DNA from: Candidatus Cloacimonadota bacterium | GTDB taxonomy: Bacteria; Cloacimonadota; Cloacimonadia; Cloacimonadales; PWNZ01 | NCBI GenBank assembly: GCA_003564155.1 | Contig: PWOA01000054.1 | Coordinates: 26,237 to 90,236 of the forward strand | Direction: 5' to 3' | DNA length: 64,000 nt | In this document: in pieces, positions 50,137 through 59,671 of the stretch | How positions within the stretch are numbered: the first letter of the stretch is position 1 | Layout: each line of letters starts with the position of its first letter | Notes under the pieces: model-generated | What the model was told of the DNA's origin: nothing | Seen by the model: the letters and a program-made list of their open reading frames with translations, nothing else | The model's database searches: none | Program-made: the position numbers and the translations under genes

Positions 50137-53100
50137 TTGAAAGATACGGAAAATAATCTTTATTTAATCGACGGAACCGCTTTGATATACCGTTCTTATT
50201 ATGCTTTTATTGCTAATCCTTTAAGAGATAAATTTGGTAATAATACCAGTGCAATATTTGGAGTTGCAAATAGCTTTATAAAGCTAGTAACTAATCTTAA
50301 ACCTCAAAAAATAATAATTTCTTTCGACCTTAAAGAACCGACATTTCGCCATAAAATGACTGATTCATATAAAGCAAATAGACCACCTGTACCTGATGAA
50401 TTAATTAGTCAAATCGAGCCAATAAAAAAAATATTTGATTTAGTCGATATCCCAGAGGTTAGTTATGAAGGTTTTGAAGCTGATGATGTCATTGCAACTT
50501 TAGCAGAATACTACAAAAATGACTATAAGATCATTATTGTTAGCGGTGATAAGGATTTCGGACAAGTCGTTGACGATAATGTTTGGCTGTATGATCCTTT
50601 TGCCAATCGTTTGCTTGATAAGGAAAAGATCTACAATAAATATGGTGTTAAACCTGATCAATTCGAAGATTACCTTGCAATTATCGGAGACAGTGCGGAT
50701 AATATCCCAGGTATAAAAGGTATCGGTCCCAAAGGCGCATCGAAACTTCTCGAAGAATATAAATCCTTAGATGGTATATTTGAGAATCTATCAAAGATTA
50801 ATTCACAATCGATCAAAGACAAACTTATCAAAGACAAGGATACGGTTTATTTTTCTAAAAAATTAGTTTCTATTGTTACCAATGTCCCTCTTGAAAGCCA
50901 ATATGACTTGAATCAACTTATTAATGACAATAATTTCGATACACATAAGTTCAAGAAACTATTACCCTTGATCAAAAAATACGATCTTTACTCCATAAAT
51001 AAAAAAATCCAAGATCTTTATCAAGTTGAAGAACATCAAGCTACTGAAATAAATCCCAATAAAGAAAACAATCCTTCCCAAGAAATTGTTTATGATGAGA
51101 ACCAAGAATCTGTGATTGATGGGCATAGAGGCGAGGATCAAAGAAATGAATATTCTCAACAATCATGTGATTTTTACAAAGAATCATTTACGTCTAATAT
51201 TATTGTTGTAGATGATGAGTCAACTGTATTATCATTAATAAAAGATATTTCCAAAGCTAAAGTGCTTGCTTATTATATCCAAATTCCCAGTACGACTTCA
51301 GGAACAGCTATATTACTAAGTGTTTGTATATATTTAGATCATGATAAAGCTTACTTTCTACCTGTTTATTTTAACGGGGAGAAAAACATTTGGAGAAATA
51401 TATCATTTGATAATGACTTATTCAATTTGCTGTTTAACAATTTAGAGTTGATCATTATTCACGATTTGAAGAAGAATTATCATGTCATAAATCATTATCT
51501 AATCGATAAAATAGAGGAAAACTCTCAGGTTTATCATTATAATGACGGAATCTTTTCTCTGTTATCCCTATTTTTACCAGACCATAAGATTCATAAATCC
51601 AAAGAAAGAATTAAATGGTTCGATATAATGATTGCATCTTATTTACTCAACGCTCAAAACTCAAACTATGAATTAGATAGATTAATATTCAAAGAGTTTG
51701 GGGTCGAAATTGAAATTAATAAAGAGATAGTAAACGGTAAAGAGAAACTATATAGATCATCTTACGAGACAAATTGCGTAAAAAAAAGCTATTTAATATA
51801 TAGATTATATGAAATTCAAAATAAAATGCTCCATGATCGATCATTAGCGAATCTATTCCTTGATTTGGAAATGCCTCTTGTGACGGTATTAGCTAAAATG
51901 GAAGAACAAGGTGTTTATATCGATAAAGATATTTTATGTGAAATTAATGAGAGTATTGGAAAAGAAATTGATAAGCTGACGAAAAAGATATATGAAATTG
52001 CTGATCGCCAATTTAACATTAATTCACCACAGCAACTAAGCAAAATTCTCTTTGAAGAAATGGGTATTCCACCTGACAAAAAAACGAAAACAGGTTATTC
52101 AACCGATAACATGGTATTAGAAAAATTAGCCGAACGTTATGAAGTAGCATCATATATTATATTATACCGGCAATATACAAAACTCAGATCAACTTATGTT
52201 GAAGCCTTACCAAGTATGATAAACTCCAAGACCGATCGAATTCATTCTACCTTTAATCAGACAGTGACAACAACCGGTAGACTCTCATCATCTAATCCTA
52301 ACTTACAAAATATACCAATTAGAAGGGAGGTCGGCAGACAGATTAGAAAAGCTTTTAGAAGCGATAAAAGGATTATTTTGTCTGCTGACTATTCACAAAT
52401 TGAGCTAAGGTTGCTCGGTATCATGGCTAGAGACCGAAATTTGATTTGGGCATTTAATAACAAACAAGATATACACTCTCAAACTGCCGGATTGATATTA
52501 GGAAAACCAATTACGATAGTTTCTTCAGATGAGAGAAGAATGGCTAAAACAATAAATTTCGGTATTATATATGGTATGGGACCAGTGAAATTATCTAAGG
52601 AAATAGGTGTTAGTCAAAAAGAAGCTAGACATTTTATCGAAGAATATTTCAGAAAATTTCCAACGATTAAGGATTTCATAAGAAAACAAATAGAAAAAGC
52701 TAAGCGAAGAGGTTATGCTGAAACTCTTTTTGGCAGACGTCTTAATCTACCCAATTTGTACAGTAACAACAAACGCTATAAAAGTGAGGCTGAAAGAGTT
52801 GCTTTTAATATGCCGATCCAGGGAACTGCTGCTGATATTATAAAAATAGCTATGATAAGGATTGATAATAGATTAGAAAAGCTCAATCATAAGATTAATC
52901 AACCCGATAACTTTGCTGCAAAAATGATAATTCAAGTACATGATGAACTGGTTTTTGAAGTTTCAGAAAAATATTTATCTCAAGTTGAAGAAGTTATTCA
53001 AGAAGAAATGAAAAATGCCTTACCTGAAAAATATCGTATTATCATTCCAATGTCTGTTGATTTAGGAACCGGTTTAAATTGGTACGAAGCACATAATTGA
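50137..53100 (+). CDS. polA: DNA polymerase I
   Basis: 5'-nuclease domain LYLIDGTALIYRSYYAF. Pol A motifs DYSQIELRLLG, RRMAKTINFGIIYG and QVHDELVFE. TTG start with AAGGA upstream. 987 aa. Confidence 0.92.
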   Translation: MKDTENNLYLIDGTALIYRSYYAFIANPLRDKFGNNTSAIFGVANSFIKLVTNLKPQKIIISFDLKEPTFRHKMTDSYKANRPPVPDELISQIEPIKKIFDLVDIPEVSYEGFEADDVIATLAEYYKNDYKIIIVSGDKDFGQVVDDNVWLYDPFANRLLDKEKIYNKYGVKPDQFEDYLAIIGDSADNIPGIKGIGPKGASKLLEEYKSLDGIFENLSKINSQSIKDKLIKDKDTVYFSKKLVSIVTNVPLESQYDLNQLINDNNFDTHKFKKLLPLIKKYDLYSINKKIQDLYQVEEHQATEINPNKENNPSQEIVYDENQESVIDGHRGEDQRNEYSQQSCDFYKESFTSNIIVVDDESTVLSLIKDISKAKVLAYYIQIPSTTSGTAILLSVCIYLDHDKAYFLPVYFNGEKNIWRNISFDNDLFNLLFNNLELIIIHDLKKNYHVINHYLIDKIEENSQVYHYNDGIFSLLSLFLPDHKIHKSKERIKWFDIMIASYLLNAQNSNYELDRLIFKEFGVEIEINKEIVNGKEKLYRSSYETNCVKKSYLIYRLYEIQNKMLHDRSLANLFLDLEMPLVTVLAKMEEQGVYIDKDILCEINESIGKEIDKLTKKIYEIADRQFNINSPQQLSKILFEEMGIPPDKKTKTGYSTDNMVLEKLAERYEVASYIILYRQYTKLRSTYVEALPSMINSKTDRIHSTFNQTVTTTGRLSSSNPNLQNIPIRREVGRQIRKAFRSDKRIILSADYSQIELRLLGIMARDRNLIWAFNNKQDIHSQTAGLILGKPITIVSSDERRMAKTINFGIIYGMGPVKLSKEIGVSQKEARHFIEEYFRKFPTIKDFIRKQIEKAKRRGYAETLFGRRLNLPNLYSNNKRYKSEAERVAFNMPIQGTAADIIKIAMIRIDNRLEKLNHKINQPDNFAAKMIIQVHDELVFEVSEKYLSQVEEVIQEEMKNALPEKYRIIIPMSVDLGTGLNWYEAHN

Positions 53101-53140
53101 TATATTGATTGGCATACACCATGTTATTGTCTATAAAGTT

Positions 53141-53170
53141 AAAAAAAACGGCATCTTAAATATGATGCCG
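53141..53170 (-). terminator. Terminator downstream of the ferredoxin gene (may also serve polA)
   Basis: Stem CGGCATC (53149-53155) / GATGCCG (53164-53170) with loop ttaaatat. An A8 run on the plus strand gives a U8 tail on the minus strand. Confidence 0.6.
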
Positions 53171-53205
53171 TAAATAAGATAAATAATTTGTTTTGGGCGG
53201 ATACT

Positions 53206-53376
53206 TTATTCGCTAATTGCCTCCACCGGGCATGAAGGGATACAATTTCCGCAATCAATACATGTTTCTTCGTTGACTACTGCTTTTTCGTTTTCCATAG
53301 TAAGTGCTGCAACAGGACATGTATCAATACATGCACTACAGCCTATACATGTTTCAGCATTAATTTTTACAGCCAT
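53206..53376 (-). CDS. 2x[4Fe-4S] ferredoxin (56 aa), absent from the supplied ORF track
   Basis: Minus-strand translation is MAVKINAETCIGCSACIDTCPVAALTMENEKAVVNEETCIDCGNCIPSCPVEAISE, which contains two CxxCxxCxxxCP motifs. AAAGGAGG lies 6 nt upstream of the ATG (53376-53374). TAA at 53208-53206. Confidence 0.88.
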   Translation of the reverse strand: MAVKINAETCIGCSACIDTCPVAALTMENEKAVVNEETCIDCGNCIPSCPVEAISE

Positions 53377-53428
53377 AATCAGCCTCCTTTAATTAATTAA
53401 CTCCATAAAAAAAAAGTAGTTATTATGT

Positions 53429-54184
53429 TCAAGCTTTTTTTAAGAAAAAGTTGTGAGCGTTTATATAAGTTCTTGCTACAACAATTTCTTCAGATAAGCC
53501 CTTAATCTCAGCTATTTTTTTCACAACATTAACTAAGGCTGTGGGATCGTTTCTTTTACCCCTTATAGATTGTGGTGCTAGAAAAGGACAGTCTGTTTCA
53601 ATCATAAGTCGATCTAATGGACAATGTTGTACGATATCATTGATCTTACAATTCTTATAAGTTAGTGTGGCATTAACAGATATGTACCAACCTTTATCCC
53701 ACAATCGGCGGGCAAAACACAGATCACCGGCAAAACAATGGAATAAGACATCTTTTGGATTATATTTATTGAGTATTTTTTCACAATCTTCTTGCGCGTT
53801 GCGATTGTGAATTACTAATGGAAGATTGCTTTCTTTTGCAATAAGAATCTGTTCTTCAAATATCTTTTTTTGTAGCTCTTTAGAAGTATAGTTACGATAA
53901 TAATCTAATCCGATTTCACCTAAAGCGACGACTTTGTGATGTTTTAAAGATTCTCTAAGAAATCCTTCATCATAATCATCAACGTAATTTGGATGATAAC
54001 CTGCTGCCACAAATATGTCATCACATATTTTAGCTATTTCAATACTCGCTTGAATTGATTTTGTGTCAATCCCGACATTTATAAAATATTCAACTCCTGC
54101 ACTACGACATTTGTTAATTACTTCATAACGATCTTTATCGTAATCTTTGAAATCCAGATGACAATGAGTTTCAAATAGTTTCAT
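53429..54184 (-). CDS. TatD family metal-dependent hydrolase/DNase
   Basis: MKLFETHCHLDF, LGEIGLDY, PLVIHNR, and ETDCPFLAP. 251 aa. Confidence 0.88.
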   Translation of the reverse strand: MKLFETHCHLDFKDYDKDRYEVINKCRSAGVEYFINVGIDTKSIQASIEIAKICDDIFVAAGYHPNYVDDYDEGFLRESLKHHKVVALGEIGLDYYRNYTSKELQKKIFEEQILIAKESNLPLVIHNRNAQEDCEKILNKYNPKDVLFHCFAGDLCFARRLWDKGWYISVNATLTYKNCKINDIVQHCPLDRLMIETDCPFLAPQSIRGKRNDPTALVNVVKKIAEIKGLSEEIVVARTYINAHNFFLKKA

Positions 54185-54219
54185 AATTAATTCTGCCGAA
54201 ATATACTGTTATTGGTTGT

Positions 54220-55137
54220 TTACTCGAATAGTGCTTCAATATAGTCTGTACTGTTAAAGTATTGTAAATCTTCAATTTTTTCGCCTAAGCCAATGAGTTC
54301 AACCGGTATACCCAGTTCATGTTTAATTCCAATGACAATGCCTCCTTTTGCAGTTCCATCTAACTTAGTTAAAGCAATACAGTCGATATCAGTTATTGAA
54401 TCGAAAATTTTTGCTTGGATAATGGCATTTTGACCGGTTGATGAATCAATAACCAGAATGCTTTTGTGAGGTGCTGATGGAATAACTTTTTTTATGGTGC
54501 GCTTCATCTTTGCCAACTCATTCATAAGGTTTACTTTATTATGTAATCTCCCGGCAGTATCTATCATGACGATATCGATTTTTTTGTTTATGGCAGATGT
54601 TAAGCCATCAAAAATAACTGCTGAAGGATCAGCACCACTTTGATGTTTTTGTATAATTGCACCTGATCTTTGTGACCATATCGACAATTGTTCAATCGCA
54701 GCAGCCCTGAAAGTATCTGCAGCGATCATCATGACTTTTTTCCCCTGTTGTACATATTGATGAGCCAATTTACCGATAGTGGTTGTTTTCCCAACTCCAT
54801 TTACTCCGACAAAAAACATTACATATGGTGAATATATCTCAGCATTAAATAACTCATCATGATCGGAATCCAGAATGTTATCTATAATCTCTTTCAGTAA
54901 GATCATAACTCGAGAAGGATCTTGGATTCGATTAAGGCGAATTTTATCAGAGAGTTTTTCAATAATAAAACTACAAACATCAACTCCAATGTCAGCTTCT
55001 AAAAGGATATCTTCTATATCATCGAGTAAGTCTTGGTCAATTTTTGTTCTCAGTTTAATCGTTTCGGCAATTTTTGCAACGAAACCATTCTTTGTTTTGG
55101 CTAGCTTTGACTTTAACCCATCAATAATTCGTTTCAT
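54220..55137 (-). CDS. ftsY: Signal recognition particle receptor FtsY
   Basis: NG domain motifs GVNGVGKTTTIGKLA, DTFRAAAIEQL, DTAGRLHN and TKLDGTAKGG. ATG 55137 (MKRIIDGLKSKL) is preferred. A TTG at 55161 would add 8 aa. Confidence 0.9.
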   Translation of the reverse strand: MKRIIDGLKSKLAKTKNGFVAKIAETIKLRTKIDQDLLDDIEDILLEADIGVDVCSFIIEKLSDKIRLNRIQDPSRVMILLKEIIDNILDSDHDELFNAEIYSPYVMFFVGVNGVGKTTTIGKLAHQYVQQGKKVMMIAADTFRAAAIEQLSIWSQRSGAIIQKHQSGADPSAVIFDGLTSAINKKIDIVMIDTAGRLHNKVNLMNELAKMKRTIKKVIPSAPHKSILVIDSSTGQNAIIQAKIFDSITDIDCIALTKLDGTAKGGIVIGIKHELGIPVELIGLGEKIEDLQYFNSTDYIEALFE

Positions 55138-55337
55138 TAAAAAATCCGATAATTTAAACAACTATATAATAAAAAAAATGACCGCTAAAGACGTTTTATT
55201 ACAGTTATAGTTGTTCAACCCTTTAATGGCCAGATTAAAAACGTGAACCAGTAACAATTACAGCTGTACAGTTAACTATACAGTGTTTTGTACCAAATTG
55301 AAATGCATTATAATCTATATATAGAGATTGACGGTAT

Positions 55338-55613
55338 CTATTTCTCAACGTGTTGTTTTTTTTCTTTATTAAGAGCAGCCATAATTCTCGATTTTTTCCG
55401 GGAAGCAGTTTTCTTATGAATAACTCCTACTTTAGCAGCCTTATCGATTTTTGAATAAAAATTGCTGATCATAGCAGTTCTTTCACTCAACTCTATATCA
55501 TTACTACGAAGTTTTTTTGTTAAAGTTTTCAAAGTTTTTTTAACAAAGTTATTATTTTGATTTCTTTTAATATCTTGTCTCAGTCTTTTTTTGCAAGATT
55601 CGGTGTTCGGCAT
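55338..55613 (-). CDS. rpsT: 30S ribosomal protein S20
   Basis: MPNTESCKKRLRQDIKRNQNN...AAKVGVIHKKTASRKKSR. 91 aa. GGAGG lies 4 nt upstream of ATG 55613. The ORF-track extension to 55712 runs through the promoter. Confidence 0.9.
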   Translation of the reverse strand: MPNTESCKKRLRQDIKRNQNNNFVKKTLKTLTKKLRSNDIELSERTAMISNFYSKIDKAAKVGVIHKKTASRKKSRIMAALNKEKKQHVEK

Positions 55614-55646
55614 TATACCTCCATAAATTTCATAATCATTCACGAC

Positions 55647-55675
55647 TGTGTATTTTGAATGTGTTATTCTGTCAA
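55647..55675 (-). promoter_or_regulatory. Candidate promoter TTGACA-N17-TACACA upstream of rpsT
   Basis: On the minus strand, TTGACA at 55675-55670 and TACACA at 55652-55647, about 35 nt upstream of the SD. Confidence 0.3.
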
Positions 55676-56051
55676 TTGAAAAAAGTATAATCGGTCGTAA
55701 GAATCCGTTCAAATGTAACTCTACTAGTCTATTTCGGGTCGAAGGAACTCGATAAATCTATGATTGTTAAATAAGGAGTTACAGCCTGAGAAAAAACATT
55801 TTACAGATGCATAAAGACCGTCTTTTATTAGTAATAATCTTTTGCTCTATTTTTTTAGCTTCTTATCTTTAAATCAAGATTCTTATATTCTGTTTGCTTA
55901 TCTATGATAAAAATTTAGTTGAGACTAAGTATGTATTAAATTCTATAGTGCTATTAAATATTCAGTTGACAATATGGAGATCCGTGATTACGAGTATTAT
56001 TCTGGTAGACTACCAGTAGATCCAATATCGTAAAAACTAAAAGGAATGCTA

Positions 56052-57809
56052 ATGATTGATTTTTTACCAATGACTAAAGATGAATGTTTTAGGCTTGGCT
56101 GGTCAGAGCTTGATATAATAATCGTTACCGGTGATGCATACATAGACCATCCTTCCTTTGGCACGGCAATAATCGGTAGATACTTAGCTAATCATGGTTT
56201 TAAAGTTGGAGTTATTTCTCAACCTGAATTTAGGAGTGACCAAGATTTCTCAGCTTTAGGGAAGCCAAAACTGTTTTTTGGTGTGTCAGCCGGTAATATG
56301 GATTCTATGGTTAACCATTACACAGCCCAAAAAAAAATACGTTCCGAAGACAGTTTTTCTCCACAAGGTATTATGGGTTTAAGACCTGATAGAGCAACTA
56401 TAGTTTACACACAAAAGATCCAACAGTTATATAAAGAGACACCTGTAATAATTGGAGGTATTGAAGCTAGTTTAAGAAGAATATCGCATTACGATTATTG
56501 GCAGAATAAAGTACGTAATTCAATTTTGTTCGATAGTAAAGCATCTTTATTAGTTTACGGGATGGCTGAAAAGACCATACTTAATTTAGCAAAAAAACTA
56601 GATACTGGGTCAAAAATTAATGATCTTACTGATATACCTGGAACAGTTGCTTCTCTGTCAGAGAAGGAATTCGAGACAACGAGAACTATGGATAAATCTG
56701 ATTATATAATTTTACCATCCAACGATGAAGCTAAAGATGAAGAGATGTTTTTAGATATGAATAGGTTGTTTCACAAAAATTGCTATAATAAAGTAATTTA
56801 TCAGAAAGTTGGTAATCGTTATTTGAAACATAATAAACCTTCAAATCCTTTAAATCTAGCTGAGATGGATCTTATATACAATCAGTCTTATCAGTATAAA
56901 CCTCATCCGATATATTCTGGTAAAGTTATACCGGCTTATCAACAGATCAAAGAGTCAGTTACTTCCCACCGTGGTTGTTTTGGAGGGTGTAATTTCTGTT
57001 CATTATATTTTCATCAAGGGAAAAAAATCCAATCACGAAGTAAGAATTCTATTATTAATGAGATAAAAAACTTAACGAAACAAGGTTTTTTTAAAGGAAC
57101 CATAACTGATATTGGTGGTCCATCCGCAAATATGTATGGTATAAAATGTGAGAATGTTAATTGTTCTCGTCCATCATGTCTCAGTCCGAATATATGTATC
57201 CATCTGGACACTTCTCATCAGGATTATTTGAGTCTTTTAAAAAAGTGTGGTACTATAGAAGGTGTAAGAAATTTGTTTATATCTTCAGGAATAAGGACAG
57301 ATTTAGCTATTAAATCTGAAAAATTTATTGAAGCTCTTGTCAACACACACACCGGTGGAAGGATTAAAATTGCTCCTGAACATAATAATTCAAATGTTTT
57401 AAGGGCAATGAACAAACAAGATTTCGCAACATATCAAAAATTTTGTCATTTGTTTTTTGGTTTTTGCAAAAAAAATAGTAAGAATCTATCTATTATACCA
57501 TATTTTATGGTTGGGCATCCTGGAACAACCTTGAATGATGCCATTGAATTAGCAATATATTTAAAGACAAGAAATATTAAACTTAAACAGATTCAAGAGT
57601 TTACTCCGACTCCTATGTCTATTAGTACTACAATGTATTTCACAAAGGTAGACTTTTATACAGGAAAAAAGATTTATGTACCTCAAGGACGAGATATTCG
57701 TCTTCAGAAAGCTTTAGCTCAATGGTTTATACCAGACAACAAAGAATATGTTATTGAGGCGCTAAAAAAAGCCAATCGTAAAGAGTTAATCTCATTCTTT
57801 TATGATTGA
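56052..57809 (+). CDS. ygiQ: YgiQ family radical SAM protein (UPF0313)
   Basis: FLPMTKDECFRLGWSELDIIIVTGDAYIDHPSFG is the YgiQ N-terminus. The cluster motif is HRGCFGGCNFCS. AAAGGA lies 6 nt upstream of ATG 56052; an ATG at 56046 is also possible. Confidence 0.88.
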   Translation: MIDFLPMTKDECFRLGWSELDIIIVTGDAYIDHPSFGTAIIGRYLANHGFKVGVISQPEFRSDQDFSALGKPKLFFGVSAGNMDSMVNHYTAQKKIRSEDSFSPQGIMGLRPDRATIVYTQKIQQLYKETPVIIGGIEASLRRISHYDYWQNKVRNSILFDSKASLLVYGMAEKTILNLAKKLDTGSKINDLTDIPGTVASLSEKEFETTRTMDKSDYIILPSNDEAKDEEMFLDMNRLFHKNCYNKVIYQKVGNRYLKHNKPSNPLNLAEMDLIYNQSYQYKPHPIYSGKVIPAYQQIKESVTSHRGCFGGCNFCSLYFHQGKKIQSRSKNSIINEIKNLTKQGFFKGTITDIGGPSANMYGIKCENVNCSRPSCLSPNICIHLDTSHQDYLSLLKKCGTIEGVRNLFISSGIRTDLAIKSEKFIEALVNTHTGGRIKIAPEHNNSNVLRAMNKQDFATYQKFCHLFFGFCKKNSKNLSIIPYFMVGHPGTTLNDAIELAIYLKTRNIKLKQIQEFTPTPMSISTTMYFTKVDFYTGKKIYVPQGRDIRLQKALAQWFIPDNKEYVIEALKKANRKELISFFYD

Positions 57810-57874
57810 TTAAACGATAATGTATTTGCAATCATAATATAACCATAATGATCAAACACTATATTTGATTTGGT

Positions 57875-57903
57875 TTGACAGGATTGGTTCAAACAGATAA
57901 TAG
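57875..57903 (+). promoter_or_regulatory. Candidate promoter TTGACA-N17-TAATAG
   Basis: TTGACA at 57875-57880 and TAATAG at 57898-57903, 80 nt upstream of ATG 57984. Confidence 0.35.
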
Positions 57904-57983
57904 TATTAGACAAGTTTTACAACTAATAATAAATCTATGGCTATTATTTCAACAAAGATATAGTCGATACACATGGAGGATAA

Positions 57984-58673
57984 ATGACAGCAGATTTGAT
58001 AATTGTAATTGGAGCTTACGGCAGTGGTAAAAGTGAATATGCCATTAATTTAGCCGATATGTATAACAAAAAAGGACAAGAAGTATTTCTAATTGATTTA
58101 GATGTTGTTAATCCTTATTTCCGCAGCAGAGATGTTCGAGATTATTTTACTGACAAAGGTATTAATGTAATATGTCCGGAAGGAGATTATTCTTATGCTG
58201 ATGTGCCCATGATTTCACCTAAAATTGCTGGAGCAATACGTCAAAAGAATAAGGTTGTTATTCTGGACGTGGGAGGTGACCCCTCAGGCTGTCGGGCCTT
58301 AGCAAGATTTACCGAAGCAATTATTGATCGTGGATATGAAATGCATTATATAATAAATACTTTTCGACCATTTACGGGGAATAAATTAGATGTTTTGGCT
58401 ATGATAAAAAATTTAGAATCAGCATCTAAGTTAATAATTACGGAGTTAATTTCAAATACAAACCTACTTGATGAAACAACAGAAGAGATTATAGCCCAAG
58501 GAATTCGAATTATAGACAATGTGTCGAAAGAGACTAAGAAACCGTTTAGTAAGTATTTAGTGTTAGACAAGTTTACAGATAAAATTGGGGATGGAATAGG
58601 AAATAAGAAAAGAATGATTTTACAATACTATCTGCAAAAACCATGGGAAAAAATTATCATAAAGGGTTTATAA
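57984..58673 (+). CDS. P-loop NTPase of unknown function (SIMIBI/MinD-CooC-like by eye)
   Basis: N-terminal Walker A IVIGAYGSGKSEYAINLA and a Walker-B-like VVILDVGGD. 229 aa. GGAGGA lies upstream. Confidence 0.65.
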   Translation: MTADLIIVIGAYGSGKSEYAINLADMYNKKGQEVFLIDLDVVNPYFRSRDVRDYFTDKGINVICPEGDYSYADVPMISPKIAGAIRQKNKVVILDVGGDPSGCRALARFTEAIIDRGYEMHYIINTFRPFTGNKLDVLAMIKNLESASKLIITELISNTNLLDETTEEIIAQGIRIIDNVSKETKKPFSKYLVLDKFTDKIGDGIGNKKRMILQYYLQKPWEKIIIKGL

Positions 58674-58733
58674 ATTTAGGCTAACTTGTCTCATTGTGCT
58701 CGTATTAACTGCCGTGTAGCTAAATTTAATGTA

Positions 58734-59354
58734 ATGGATAAAATTATTATGTCGTCAGAAAAACAATTATCGTTCAAAAGAACCGAAGTCAGGAATAGAA
58801 TCATTACTGCTGCAGGTGAAGTATTCAAAACAAATGGTTTCCAGGCTTCCTCAATTTCAGCTATAGCCAAGAAAGCAAAAGTCGCTGATGGTACAATATA
58901 CCTGTACTTTAAAAATAAAGAGGAGCTTTTTATAGTAGTTTTAGATTTGATGATGGAAGATATTTTGGATAATGTACATGATCAAGTAAAAAGAGTTGAT
59001 AATCCAATCGAAAAAATACTGAAGTTCTATGACGTTATAATTGAGTTTTTTACCAACAATCACAGTTTTGCGAAGATGGCGATTTTAGAGGTAAACCAAG
59101 TCAAAAAGGGAATTTTAGTTTCTACTGGACTACCTTCATATTATAAGTATTTGAATTACATATCAAATTTGTGTCATCAAGCAATTAGAAAAGGTTTTAT
59201 TCGAGAAATAGATACTGAATCATTTTCAATCATGGTTTTTTCTTGTATAGAATATATAATACGACTTTGGATATATAGTGACTATAAAACTGACACCCAC
59301 AAGCTGAGGAAAAAAGTCTTAAATATTCTGATTTATGGGATAATTCGATATTGA
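58734..59354 (+). CDS. TetR/AcrR family transcriptional regulator
   Basis: HTH region RNRIITAAGEVFKTNGFQASSISAIAKKAKVADGTIYLYFKNKEELF. The start is uncertain (ATG 58734 or 58749, or TTG 58686) and no clear SD is present. Confidence 0.78.
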   Translation: MDKIIMSSEKQLSFKRTEVRNRIITAAGEVFKTNGFQASSISAIAKKAKVADGTIYLYFKNKEELFIVVLDLMMEDILDNVHDQVKRVDNPIEKILKFYDVIIEFFTNNHSFAKMAILEVNQVKKGILVSTGLPSYYKYLNYISNLCHQAIRKGFIREIDTESFSIMVFSCIEYIIRLWIYSDYKTDTHKLRKKVLNILIYGIIRY

Positions 59355-59615
59355 TTCATTAATCGAGAACATTATGTCCAATAATGTGAAAACTCGACTT
59401 GTATTAATCAATTACCATTGGAATCTGGTTCTTATTATTGATAATGAGAGTATGAAGACTATCTGACTTTCAGCAGCAGGAATATTTTAAATCTACGATA
59501 TGCAAAAAAATACTTTAAATTTTGAGTAGAGCTAAATCTTTGTATACTTGGTTATAAAAGAATTTTTTCTATTATTTATAATCTGCTTTGCGGAGTTACA
59601 TGTCATAAATTTTGC

Positions 59616-59643
59616 TTGACCTGGGTAAGAAAGGTACTATTAT
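59616..59643 (+). promoter_or_regulatory. Candidate promoter TTGACC-N16-TATTAT for the C25 peptidase gene
   Basis: TTGACC at 59616-59621 and TATTAT at 59638-59643. ATG is at 59672 with AAAGGAG upstream. Confidence 0.4.
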
Positions 59644-59671
59644 GTCGTTAAGTATTTAAAAGGAGTAATAA

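Noticed and set aside
54875-55210. 111-aa plus-strand ORF overlapping the ftsY 5' region
   Set aside because: It is antisense to the conserved FtsY N domain and has no SD or motif.
55800-55870. 21-codon hydrophobic ORF (MHKDRLLLVIIFCSIFLASYL) in the rpsT/ygiQ spacer
   Set aside because: It has no SD or promoter context, and such short hydrophobic frames are expected by chance in T-rich DNA.
59374-59466. 30-codon ORF (MSNNVKTRLVLINYHWNLVLIIDNESMKTI) between the TetR gene and the C25 gene
   Set aside because: It has only a weak GAGAA upstream, no terminator or structure partner, and it lies upstream of the likely C25 promoter. It is probably a chance ORF.
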